Positions 19,333 through 28,822 of a DNA stretch of 64,000 nt are shown here, piece by piece (positions within the stretch are counted from its first letter, which is position 1; every line of letters begins with the position of its first letter). Both the position numbers and the translations under genes were made by a program. Below the pieces are notes generated by a model. That model searched no databases and had not been told where the DNA came from. It saw only the letters and a program-made list of their open reading frames with translations. The stretch is from Thermoprotei archaeon (GTDB lineage Archaea; Thermoproteota; Thermoprotei; Thermoproteales; B15-G16): the NCBI GenBank assembly GCA_003649205.1, contig QMRC01000003.1, positions 227,429 through 291,428 of the forward strand, written 5' to 3'.

Positions 19333-20727
19333 TTGGAGTACATGTCTACGTGTAGTGCAGTTAGAGAGAAGATTAGGATAAGTAGGAGGGATTTAGCTGC
19401 TTTAGTTGAGGTTATAAAGGAAGCTGAGTACGTACATCCTAGTCAAGAAGCTAAACGTAGGATATTTCGTAGGTACGGTATATTGGGTACGTCTAAGGAT
19501 AGGATATTGACAGCAATATTCTACAAGGTAATGAGGAGGTTAGGTATTGTTGATAAGATAATCATCAGAGCTACAGGTCTACCCAATATCTACATCCTCG
19601 ATCCATGGCTACGAGCAGCACTCCGACTAGCTACGTATCTATTAGTTCTCAACGATCATCCTCTATCAAATAGCCTACTTCATGAGTTGAAGTATGGTGT
19701 AGCTAAGTTCTTAACTGAGGTTACACATCCATACGTTGGTACTTGGTACTGGGATCTAGTTGATAGAATTTTGATGAATTTTAGGTATGTACCGGAGAAC
19801 GAGATTGAGGAACTTGAGCTGAAGTACAATCTACCTGCTTGGTTCATAGAGAGGGTGAGGAACCTACTTGGACCTGAAGAGGCAGAGGAGTTGTTTAAGA
19901 AGTACAATAAGAGACCTCTCATTAGTTTGAGAGTTAATACGCTGAAAGCTACTGTTGAGGAAGTTATTAGGGAATTGAGGAGGATGGGTAAGGAACCTAT
20001 TGTCAGTAAGTATGTTCCAACTGTTGTTAAGGTTAAGGGACCATTTAAGTTCGATGAATGTAGGCTAGTGCGTGAGGGTAAAGTCATTTCTCAGGAAGAT
20101 GCTTCAGCAGCTGCCTCAATAATTCTCGATCCTAAGCCTGGTCATGTTGTTGTGGATATGTGCGCTGCTCCTGGTGGTAAGACATCACACATGGCTGAGT
20201 TGATGAGGAATCAGGGTAAGATCTATGCCTTTGATGTGGATGAATTCAGGATAAATAAGATGAGAAATGTATTGAAGAGACTTGGTGTTAGGAATGTCGA
20301 GATCTATCATGAAGATGTCTTGAAAGCACCTAAGATACTTGGTGAAGAATTTGCAGATAGAGTACTTCTCGATGCACCCTGTTCATCAAGTGGAACACTC
20401 CATAAGTATCCTGAAGTTAGGTGGAGGCTTAGATTGGAGAAGATTAGGGAGATTTCTGAGATGCAGCTTAAGATGCTTAGGGTCGCTATTCGATTAGCTA
20501 AACCTGGTGGGAGAATTCTGTACACTGTGTGTAGTATCTTTCCGGAGGAGGGTGAGGAGTTAGTTAAGAAGATATTGAGGGAGTTTAATGGATACATAAG
20601 GTTAATTCCACTAGATGGTCCCTTTGATCCAGGTTTCCTACCTGGTACCATGAGAGCTTGGCCGCATAGACACAATACTGTTGGTTTCTTCTACGCGCTA
20701 TTTGAGAAAGTTAGACCTTTGAAGTAG
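19333..20727 (+). CDS. RsmB/NOL1/NOP2/Sun-family RNA m5C methyltransferase
   Basis: LRVNTLK, DMCAAPGGKT, LLDAPCSSSG, YTVCS; NusB-like N-terminus. Confidence 0.93.
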   Translation: MEYMSTCSAVREKIRISRRDLAALVEVIKEAEYVHPSQEAKRRIFRRYGILGTSKDRILTAIFYKVMRRLGIVDKIIIRATGLPNIYILDPWLRAALRLATYLLVLNDHPLSNSLLHELKYGVAKFLTEVTHPYVGTWYWDLVDRILMNFRYVPENEIEELELKYNLPAWFIERVRNLLGPEEAEELFKKYNKRPLISLRVNTLKATVEEVIRELRRMGKEPIVSKYVPTVVKVKGPFKFDECRLVREGKVISQEDASAAASIILDPKPGHVVVDMCAAPGGKTSHMAELMRNQGKIYAFDVDEFRINKMRNVLKRLGVRNVEIYHEDVLKAPKILGEEFADRVLLDAPCSSSGTLHKYPEVRWRLRLEKIREISEMQLKMLRVAIRLAKPGGRILYTVCSIFPEEGEELVKKILREFNGYIRLIPLDGPFDPGFLPGTMRAWPHRHNTVGFFYALFEKVRPLK

Positions 20728-20734
20728 TGCTTTC

Positions 20735-20790
20735 CTTGTGATGAAGCAACTAGGGGCTGATTGGTGATGTGTCTTCCGGCTTCCTGACTA
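20735..20790 (+). ncRNA. C/D box guide sRNA, probably targeting 16S rRNA
   Basis: GTGATGA (C) - AGCAACTAGGGG - CTGA (D') - TTG - GTGATGT (C') - GTCTTCCGGCTTC - CTGA (D). The guides complement CCCCUAGUUGCU and AAGCCGGAGGA, which I recall as neighbouring crenarchaeal 16S segments. Confidence 0.85.
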
Positions 20791-21021
20791 CTTAATTAAC
20801 TCCTTCAGTGTCTCAATAGTTTTGTCTAGAGTACCTGTTATGGCTACCTTCTTGGTTGCTTCATCCAGTATTCTGAGTTGACCATAGCTGTAGAGTATGC
20901 GGTAGGATTTCTCTCCTATCTTTACACGGATGTAGTAAGGGTACTCACTTACTTCAGCATCCTTAAACAGCTCCTTAACCTTCTTTACTAGTTCACCCTT
21001 TATTTCAGACCATGCGCTCAT
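20788..21021 (-). CDS. Small hypothetical protein
   Basis: 77 aa, SD GAGGT upstream, normal codon usage. Confidence 0.6.
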   Translation of the reverse strand: MSAWSEIKGELVKKVKELFKDAEVSEYPYYIRVKIGEKSYRILYSYGQLRILDEATKKVAITGTLDKTIETLKELIK

Positions 21022-21092
21022 ATTCTCTACCTCAAGTCATTGAGGAAAACAACTAACTTACATATTTTTCGAACTGTCAGTACCGACGGGGA

Positions 21093-21830
21093 TTGTTTAT
21101 GAGAATTATTGAGCTACTTCTAGGTCTTCAGCGTGTAAAGGAGGTGTGGAGTAACTTACCTAAGGTCGTAGACCATACATTGCTAGATCCCTCTGCTCCT
21201 CTAGATGTTGTGGTTAAAGAGTGTGAACGAGTTAAGGAGTACGGATTCAGAGCTTTCTGCATCAGCCCACACCACGTACCTCATGTAGTTAAGTTATTGA
21301 AGGGTAGTGGTGTTAGGATTTGTACTGTTGTTGGTTTTCCGCATGGTTACCAGATTACTGATGTTAAGATTTTTGAAGCTAGGAAGTACATGGAGTTAGG
21401 TGCAGATGACATAGATATGGTGATTAACGTACAAGCTCTGAAGAGTGGTGAGTGGAAGTACATTGAGGAAGAGGTTAGGGCTGTTGCTGAGGTTGTCCAC
21501 TCATATGGAGGGATTCTAAAGGTAATTATTGAGACGGGTTACTTAAGTGACGAAGAGAAGGAAAGAGTTGCTCAAGTTCTCTCACGTGCTGGTGCTGATT
21601 TCGTTAAGACCTGTACAGGTTTTGGACCTGGTAGAGCAACAGTTCACGACGTGTCACTGCTAGCTCAGGTAGCCCACAGCCGTGGCCTCAAGGTCAAGGC
21701 TGCAGGTGGTATTAGACATCTTGAAGATGCTCTTACATTAGTGGCTGCTGGTGCTGATGTTCTTGGATCCTCAGCAGGTGTAAGAATCGTCGATGAGTGG
21801 AAAACTGCTAAGCAGAAAGTAAAGCTCTAA
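21093..21830 (+). CDS. deoC: Deoxyribose-phosphate aldolase
   Basis: VDHTLL, TVVGFPHG, DMVIN, KVIIETGYL, FVKTCTGF, VKAAGGIR. Confidence 0.95.
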   Translation: MFMRIIELLLGLQRVKEVWSNLPKVVDHTLLDPSAPLDVVVKECERVKEYGFRAFCISPHHVPHVVKLLKGSGVRICTVVGFPHGYQITDVKIFEARKYMELGADDIDMVINVQALKSGEWKYIEEEVRAVAEVVHSYGGILKVIIETGYLSDEEKERVAQVLSRAGADFVKTCTGFGPGRATVHDVSLLAQVAHSRGLKVKAAGGIRHLEDALTLVAAGADVLGSSAGVRIVDEWKTAKQKVKL

Positions 21831-23085
21831 GCGTCACTCTAACTACGCTAGACACTATCTTCGGGATCTCTCTGAAGTTCAGTACCGTGAAGAGAGTTTC
21901 GTATCCACCAATCTTAATGGCACTTGGTGTAGGTAGGTAACCTAAGTACGAATCAGCATAGCACACTAGGGTACAGTTTAGCTGCTTCAATGCTAATGAG
22001 TACTGTGCAAACATTTCGTACGGTACAAATGTTAGAGCTACATCGCTTAATGCTATAGCTGTGTGACGTACTTTAACTACCTTAGGAACTCTACAAAGTA
22101 CATCGTAGTACTTCTCCAGAAGTTCAAGAGCTAATAGTTCATGTCTCAACTGTATAGGTACCTCTTTCAACCTCCTTATCTTCTCCTCTATAGAACGCTT
22201 CCTCTCAAGAACCTCCTCAATCTCAGGTACACTAGTACCGACATCTAACTCCTCAACCTCAACACATAAGTGCTCAGTAGGGAGTTCCAGAGCTGTTTCA
22301 GAGAAGAGAGCTGTAGCTACAGTAGAACCAAGTACATAGCCTACTCTCCTAGCTTCACTAACTCCCCTACCCCTCCTAGTAAATCTAGTAGATACATCAC
22401 CACAAGCACCAGTAAACCACATTACCTCACAATTGAGGAACCTACGTAAGTACTCCCTCACGTAGTACGTGAAATCGCCACTGTAGTAAGCATTATCAGG
22501 ACCTAATACAGTTGGATGACAACCATACACTAGACAAAGTAGATCTAAATCCTCAGCCCTGAAGCGAAATACTGTAATCTCCCTATCTACAGGACCTGAA
22601 GGATCTCTCCTATTAGCAGCAACACCACCCTCAACTCTATACAGCTTGATACAATTAACCCTACGGGTTTCAGTAACCTTCTCAAACACTTCCCTAAGTA
22701 CCTGTCTAAGCTGTGGATAGAATCCACTCAAAAGCTCCCTATCGGTAGATGGATCAACACTGAAGATCCTGTAGAATGGATCCTCAAGATCTAGCACAGG
22801 ACCGGAGTGAGTATGTGTTGCTGTAACCACACAGTAGTCACAATCAACTACTTTCCTACACGTACTAACTACTAAGTTTCTGATAGCTTCTGATATGTGG
22901 AGAGTATCTAGTGAAACCACTGCTACCCTCTTATCACCTAGCTCAATAAGTAGGGTAGATAACTCTAAGGTATCTAGAAAACCTCTCGACTTAATACTCC
23001 TGTAATTCCTCTCCAAATACCCAGCAAGAGATAGGTTGATCGGTGGTTTAAGCTCTGTTCTTGCATACCCAATGTTCAAGTTCAT
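21808..23085 (-). CDS. Neutral/alkaline ceramidase-like amidohydrolase
   Basis: ATHTHSGP, YGCHPT, GACGDVS, YLGYLP...GYE motifs. Confidence 0.8.
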   Translation of the reverse strand: MNLNIGYARTELKPPINLSLAGYLERNYRSIKSRGFLDTLELSTLLIELGDKRVAVVSLDTLHISEAIRNLVVSTCRKVVDCDYCVVTATHTHSGPVLDLEDPFYRIFSVDPSTDRELLSGFYPQLRQVLREVFEKVTETRRVNCIKLYRVEGGVAANRRDPSGPVDREITVFRFRAEDLDLLCLVYGCHPTVLGPDNAYYSGDFTYYVREYLRRFLNCEVMWFTGACGDVSTRFTRRGRGVSEARRVGYVLGSTVATALFSETALELPTEHLCVEVEELDVGTSVPEIEEVLERKRSIEEKIRRLKEVPIQLRHELLALELLEKYYDVLCRVPKVVKVRHTAIALSDVALTFVPYEMFAQYSLALKQLNCTLVCYADSYLGYLPTPSAIKIGGYETLFTVLNFREIPKIVSSVVRVTLRALLSA

Positions 23086-23701
23086 CCCCTAAATCCTTCC
23101 TACTGAGAAGATTATTTATGAAATTGATGAAGTTTCTCAGAGCTGAAGGATCTACCCGCGATCAAGAGGTCATTATATACCATGTGGTTTAAGGTAGAGA
23201 CGATATTTTTCGAGGAAATTAACTAAGAGCATAGGTTGTATGAGGGTCTTGTAGTAGCTGCTGTGGTCTCTGTCACTAAATTGTTTCCAATAAATGGTAT
23301 TTCAAATGTTGAGCTTGCTACTATATAGTCATCCTAAATACCTTTGATGTCGGGAGGAAGGCATAGCAAGTTTAATCTGGCAAATAAATTGGGTGAAGTA
23401 CGTGAGCTAGTAGGTAATTTTGCTCTGTGCTAGAGTACAGTGAGTAGAGTCAATAAGTTAGTTAGGTTGTTCATGAGGTAGGGCCCATGGTCATGAACTG
23501 CATTTGTACTACCACGGCACTTACATGTAAGGTGACCAGAGCAGATATGTATTACATGGGTATACGGGATATAGCGGAGTAGCACTACCTGAAAACAACA
23601 TGAAGTTCTTGATAGTTATTGGAGGTAGAAAACACACGTATGGAGGTATTGAGGAATTGCTATGTTAATTCTTCGGTGACTCATAACATGTTAGCAAACA
23701 G

Positions 23702-24871
23702 CTAACGTTGATACACTACCTCCCCTCTAACGACAGTAGCTACCACATTTAGCTCCTTATCTAATACCGTCAAGTTAGCTATATACCCCACATCTACCCT
23801 ACCCCGTCTTTTCTCACCGAGTACAGTCGCTGGATTCACAGTAACCATTTTAAGCACTTCTCGTAGAGGAAGCTTAGTAACCTCAACCATGTTCTTAATA
23901 GCTCTATCGAGAGTCAGTGTGCTACCAGCAAGAGCACCTGTATCTTTTAACCTACTAATACCTCCTTTGACAACTATAGGTAGATCACCAAGCACGTACT
24001 CTCCATCGGGTAACCCTGTAGCTGCAATAGCATCAGTTATAAGAATTACCTTGTCGACCGGCTTACACTTAGTGACAAGTCTTATCGTTGTCGGGTGAAG
24101 ATGTATCAAATCGACTATCAGCTCTACATACACATCATCTCTCTCAAGTGCAGCACCTACAATACCTGGTTCACGATGGTGAAATCCCCTCATGGCATTG
24201 AACAGATGGGTACAGAGAGTTACACCAGCATTGAATGCCCTCATAGCTTCCTCATATGTCGCGTTAGTGTGAGCGGCAGAAACTACGAGACCGAGTTGCT
24301 TAGCTCTTTCGATGAACTCGAGAGCGTTTGGGAGTTCAGGCGCAATAGCTACGACTCTCAAGGTACCTTCCGAAACTCTATACAGCTCTTCTAGCTCACC
24401 TATATCAGGTTTCCTCAAGTGCTTTGGATTGTGCGCTCCCTTCTTCTCTGGATTAACAAAAGGTCCCTCTAGATATAGTCCAAGGATTTCTGCACCTACG
24501 ACCTTCTCTCTAGATCTCCTAACAGCATCCTTCACATTTCTAGCAATTTCGAGTAACTTATCCCTTGGTGCAGCTACATTAGCTAACAGAATAGCTGTAA
24601 CCCCATGTCTAGAAACCCCTCTACCTATCTCAACCAGATCCTCTACCGTACCTAGTGTCGTGTCGTGACCTCCATACCCATGTATGTGTATGTCTATGAG
24701 ACCTGGTACTATGATGTAGTCACTGAAGTCAATCACCTCGTAGTTACACGGCACCTTATCTGCTGGTACTAAACCCTCTATATAGCCCTCACTAACTAAT
24801 ACAGCATAGTTACGGTATTCAGTTTCTGGTGTTAGTACCTGGGAACCAATAAATGCTCTCTTCACTACCAC
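23702..24871 (-). CDS. nagA: N-acetylglucosamine-6-phosphate deacetylase
   Basis: PGLIDIHIHGYGG, LEGPF, HLFNAM, LITDA, LAGSTL. Confidence 0.95.
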   Translation of the reverse strand: MVVKRAFIGSQVLTPETEYRNYAVLVSEGYIEGLVPADKVPCNYEVIDFSDYIIVPGLIDIHIHGYGGHDTTLGTVEDLVEIGRGVSRHGVTAILLANVAAPRDKLLEIARNVKDAVRRSREKVVGAEILGLYLEGPFVNPEKKGAHNPKHLRKPDIGELEELYRVSEGTLRVVAIAPELPNALEFIERAKQLGLVVSAAHTNATYEEAMRAFNAGVTLCTHLFNAMRGFHHREPGIVGAALERDDVYVELIVDLIHLHPTTIRLVTKCKPVDKVILITDAIAATGLPDGEYVLGDLPIVVKGGISRLKDTGALAGSTLTLDRAIKNMVEVTKLPLREVLKMVTVNPATVLGEKRRGRVDVGYIANLTVLDKELNVVATVVRGEVVYQR

Positions 24872-24880
24872 ACACCTCGA

Positions 24881-25618
24881 CTAAAGTGGTTTAATTACCT
24901 TGAAGTACTTACTTAAGTACCTTCTATTGTACTCTACTCCTCCAGGAACATTAGCACTCATCCAGATCTCTGGTTCAATTCCCCTCTCAAGTAACTTTTC
25001 AACAGTTCTAATTGTAAGTAGTTGAATAATGAAGGAGTTCACTATTGTAGATACTGGAGCTATCTTCTGCGGTAAACCCTTTACCTCGTACACTGCATCA
25101 CCAATAGGAACTTTATTGTCAATAACTACATCGGCTACTTCAAATAATCTCTTACCAAGTGGATTATCTGGTGTTACAGATTTTGAGTATTCAGTTGATG
25201 TTATTGCAATGACCTTGATGCCTCTCTTCCTCGCTTCATAAGCCATCTCTACAGGTACAGCATTCTTACCAGAGTTAGATACCACTATGAGAGTTGAACC
25301 TGCTTCAACACCATAGTAATCCAGCAATACCCTAGCATACCCGCTCAACCTCTCAATACCTGTACTCTTGACAGCTCCATTTAAACCAGATATCGAGAGA
25401 TCGAGAAGCGGATACACTGGTACTAGTCCACCAGCCCTATAGAACATCTCCATAGCCATCATCATTGAGTGACCTGTACCAAATACATAAATGAACCTAC
25501 CACTAGCTATGGTCTCAACCATGCAGTTCGCTGCTCTCTCAAGATTATCCCTCTCTTCCTGAACAACTTTCTCAAGAATACTCACGACTATGTTTAAAAA
25601 CCTCCTATAGCTCTCCAC
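24881..25618 (-). CDS. SIS-domain sugar-phosphate isomerase/binding protein
   Basis: [29 protein letters not shown]. Confidence 0.88.
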   Translation of the reverse strand: MESYRRFLNIVVSILEKVVQEERDNLERAANCMVETIASGRFIYVFGTGHSMMMAMEMFYRAGGLVPVYPLLDLSISGLNGAVKSTGIERLSGYARVLLDYYGVEAGSTLIVVSNSGKNAVPVEMAYEARKRGIKVIAITSTEYSKSVTPDNPLGKRLFEVADVVIDNKVPIGDAVYEVKGLPQKIAPVSTIVNSFIIQLLTIRTVEKLLERGIEPEIWMSANVPGGVEYNRRYLSKYFKVIKPL

Positions 25619-25678
25619 AGAAGATCACCAACTATAGTGGGTACGCGGTGAATTATAACACAGTTAACCTAAGTAAAG

Positions 25679-25960
25679 CTAGAATACTATAGTAAATGTT
25701 TTGAAGTCACCTTTCACCTCCTCCCACTCAACCTCTATAGACTCAACAATAGCTAATGGAGAACCCCTTCTCGCAGCCTCAATTAACCTCTGAATAGAAG
25801 CCTCATCACCTTCAACCACAATCTCGACTTCTCTACCACTTGGTAAATTCCTAACATAACCTCTCAACCCAAGCATTCTAGCATGTTTATAGATGAAGTA
25901 CCTAAAACCAACACCTTGAACTAATCCCTTGACAATGATCCTGGCTCTCCTAACAACCAT
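25679..25960 (-). CDS. acyP: Acylphosphatase
   Basis: GLVQGVGFR, GYVRN. Confidence 0.95.
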   Translation of the reverse strand: MVVRRARIIVKGLVQGVGFRYFIYKHARMLGLRGYVRNLPSGREVEIVVEGDEASIQRLIEAARRGSPLAIVESIEVEWEEVKGDFKTFTIVF

Positions 25961-25961
25961 G

Positions 25962-26924
25962 TTACCACCTACCTCTCAACAAATCAACTACCGAGAATAT
26001 AGCTAAGAGAAACCTAATAACCACACTGATCAAGATACCGAGCATGAGTGCTTTAAGGAGCAAACCTCTCGGAACCCTGAACCTACCTAGCTCCAGATTA
26101 CTCCTCTCATAGTTTAAACCTCGAATCAATACAACAGGTATGGACTCACCAGTTTGCCCCATCAAGAGGGCAGCAGTAGCACACAACTCATCAGCAATCA
26201 AGTCAACACCACCATACTTAGATTTACCAAATCTATCGCTCTCACCGAATTTTGCTGTAACAGGAACTATACCTGAGGCACCAATAGCTATATCTAGTGA
26301 ACCAACTCTAAGAACTGATCCTTCAGTATCACTCAGAATAACTGCAACATCACAACCAGTCAGCTCCCTTATCCTATCCCTAATCCCTCTAGCAACTCTA
26401 TCTGGGTCTGATGGTGGTAAGCAAACGTACCCTGAAGGTACATTTGATGTGTCTATTCCAGCATCTGTAGCTACCCTATACCCAACGTCAACGATCATGA
26501 GGTACCTATCACTCTCGATAACTTTTAATGCTCTATCTCTATCACGGGATATGTAGTTCAAAATCGTTGAATGTTTAAGTAGCATATGTGCAGGGAATGC
26601 ACCTAAGATACGTTTAGAGTTCCTAAGTATTAGCTCTACCTCCCATGCTGGTTTGCCAAGGATCCTAGCTATGATCCTAGCCTTAGTACTCGGTCTAACA
26701 TCACTAATCTTCACTAGTAAACCCATAGCCTTAGAAACTACCTTTGATGTCACTACAATGACATCACCATCCCTAATACCAATACCGAGTCTATTAGCTG
26801 ACTCCACAATGGTTCTAGCTAGATCAGTACCTGGAGTGATCTCGGGTAGAGGTATTCCAAATACCTCTAGTTTCCTAACGACCATAGAAACCCCCGGACC
26901 TCTCAGTAGTGAATTTATACACAC
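25962..26924 (-). CDS. Coenzyme F420-0:L-glutamate ligase-like protein
   Basis: LPEI.PG.DL, TSKVVSKA.G, AGIDTSN, VILSDT, ADELCATAALLMGQ. Confidence 0.8.
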   Translation of the reverse strand: MCINSLLRGPGVSMVVRKLEVFGIPLPEITPGTDLARTIVESANRLGIGIRDGDVIVVTSKVVSKAMGLLVKISDVRPSTKARIIARILGKPAWEVELILRNSKRILGAFPAHMLLKHSTILNYISRDRDRALKVIESDRYLMIVDVGYRVATDAGIDTSNVPSGYVCLPPSDPDRVARGIRDRIRELTGCDVAVILSDTEGSVLRVGSLDIAIGASGIVPVTAKFGESDRFGKSKYGGVDLIADELCATAALLMGQTGESIPVVLIRGLNYERSNLELGRFRVPRGLLLKALMLGILISVVIRFLLAIFSVVDLLRGRW

Positions 26925-26992
26925 CTAATACGTACCGACTTAGGAAAAGTGTTATAAGTAACATGTGATACACCTCACAAAAACTACTTAAG

Positions 26993-27712
26993 GTGATTCC
27001 TATGCCAAGTGAGAAAGTTCTTGAGATAATTAACTCTGTAAAATCTGAAGGTAGGAAAGTACTGACATTTTATGAAGCTATGAGGCTAGCTGCTGAGTAC
27101 GGGTTACCAGTACCGAGAGTATTTCTCGCAAAGAATCCAGATGAAGCTGTTGAATATGCTAAACAAGCGGGTTTTCCTGTTGTGCTTAAGATAGTTTCGC
27201 CAGACATAACTCATAAGTCGGATATTGGTGGTGTTGTGGTTGGGTTAAATAGTGAGGAAGAGGTTAGGAAGTCATTTACGGAAATCATGGAACGGGTTAA
27301 GGTCAAAGCACCAAGTGCTAGAGTTCACGGAATATGTGTACACCACATGGCTCCATATGGAAGGGAAGTCATCATTGGTGGTATCGTTGACGAAACCTTT
27401 GGTCCAGTAATAATGTTTGGTCTTGGAGGAATCTTCGTTGAGATACTTAGAGATGTAACATTTAGATTAGCGCCACTAACTAGAGAAGAAGCTTGGGAAA
27501 TGATTGAGAGTATTAAGGGTGCACCCATACTGAAGGGTTATAGAGGTGAACCGCCAGCAGATCTCGATGCGCTCGTAGATACTATGGTTAAGGCATCTCA
27601 AATGCTCAGCGACCTAGCTGATTACGTTCATCAGCTAGACCTCAATCCAGTGTTCGTATATGAGAAGGGTAGAGGAGTTAAGATCGTTGACGTCAGAGTA
27701 GTGCTCAAGTAA
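26993..27712 (+). CDS. Acetate/acyl--CoA ligase (ADP-forming) beta subunit
   Basis: GFPVVLKIVSPDITHKSDIGGV, FGPVIMFGLGGIFVE, LDLNP ATP-grasp motifs. Confidence 0.92.
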   Translation: MIPMPSEKVLEIINSVKSEGRKVLTFYEAMRLAAEYGLPVPRVFLAKNPDEAVEYAKQAGFPVVLKIVSPDITHKSDIGGVVVGLNSEEEVRKSFTEIMERVKVKAPSARVHGICVHHMAPYGREVIIGGIVDETFGPVIMFGLGGIFVEILRDVTFRLAPLTREEAWEMIESIKGAPILKGYRGEPPADLDALVDTMVKASQMLSDLADYVHQLDLNPVFVYEKGRGVKIVDVRVVLK

Positions 27713-28184
27713 GTTTACCCTCTTCCTTCAAGCTTCTAAATTCCTCAAGTAAGTACTTTGTTGAAAATACGTACTGAGTTGTTGTCCTTAACTTTTTCCT
27801 AACCTCACATAGCTGAGACCTGTACAAATACATAGCATCTACCTTCTCAGGTCTAATACCTAGTACCTTAGATATCACCTCGACTTCAAGCACACCCTTA
27901 ACGACACCAACTAACTCACTGAAGGATGGATCTATTTCTATTAGTATTGGGAGGAGAAGCTCATCGGCTCTATCCTCACCAACGATACTGAGTAAGTACT
28001 CCAATTCTCTCCTCTTAAAGACATGCACTCTACCATCTCTACACAGTACATGAGGAATATCTTCCTCTAGTAATTGTTTCAATGTCTTTCTTCTCTGAGG
28101 TAAATGAGCATTAGCTATTCTAAGCTCCTCCTTAAGATACTCCTCAAGAAGTCTATAATCCCGATCATTCACTATACTATACAT
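27705..28184 (-). CDS. DUF61-family protein
   Basis: NAHLP..RKTL..LL, RDG..H.F...EL, LPI motifs; last gene of the ATPase operon. Confidence 0.75.
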   Translation of the reverse strand: MYSIVNDRDYRLLEEYLKEELRIANAHLPQRRKTLKQLLEEDIPHVLCRDGRVHVFKRRELEYLLSIVGEDRADELLLPILIEIDPSFSELVGVVKGVLEVEVISKVLGIRPEKVDAMYLYRSQLCEVRKKLRTTTQYVFSTKYLLEEFRSLKEEGKLT

Positions 28185-28822
28185 TAACTCCCTCTCCTCC
28201 TACTTAAAACAACCTTAATTCTCTTCAATCTAGCTTTATCCTCTCTCTCCCTCTCCTCGAACTTCATTCTTAAGTACTTGATTGTTGCTTCAATTCGTGG
28301 TATAACAATGTACTCGAGAGCATTGACTCTTCTCCTCATTTTAATGATTTCTAGAGATAGCCTTTCCATTGTCTTCTCAAGCTCTGCTAACTCAATGAGT
28401 TCAGGGAGTAGTTCCCTACATGTTCTAACTGCGTCATCTACGTAGCTAGAAGTTATGTAGAGTGGGTACAGTGGTGGCTTCACCTTAGATTCGAGAACCG
28501 GTACGGAAAGTCCTAAGATATTCCTCGTAGCAACCAGTATGGTCACGTACTTAGGTAGTATAGAGGCAATACTCTCACAGACCTCTAAACCATTCATACC
28601 TAGTGCTAGAGATACCTTGTCATAAGACTTAGCAAGCAGCTCAACAACTCTACTTCTCTTCTCTATTGCTTCTCTAGCATGTACTAAGTACTCATTAACT
28701 AGCAGGGATAATCTATCCTTGAGTATCCTATGTATCTTCCTCGCAAGTGCTAATCTCCTTCTCAAACGAATGAGCTCTATCTTGGTTGGTCTAACCCTGA
28801 GTAGACGAAGTGTGTGAGCCAG
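28184..28822 (-). CDS. atpD: A/V-type ATP synthase subunit D (probable CTG start)
   Basis: [12 protein letters not shown]; conserved N-terminal [11 protein letters not shown] lies upstream of the ORF-track start at 28765. Confidence 0.9.
   Translation of the reverse strand: MAHTLRLLRVRPTKIELIRLRRRLALARKIHRILKDRLSLLVNEYLVHAREAIEKRSRVVELLAKSYDKVSLALGMNGLEVCESIASILPKYVTILVATRNILGLSVPVLESKVKPPLYPLYITSSYVDDAVRTCRELLPELIELAELEKTMERLSLEIIKMRRRVNALEYIVIPRIEATIKYLRMKFEEREREDKARLKRIKVVLSRRRGS

Noticed and set aside
23534-23545. 12-mer GACCAGAGCAGA matching the tRNA-Phe exon/intron junction sequence
   Set aside because: No tRNA-like flanks; many chance 12-mer pairs are expected in 64 kb.
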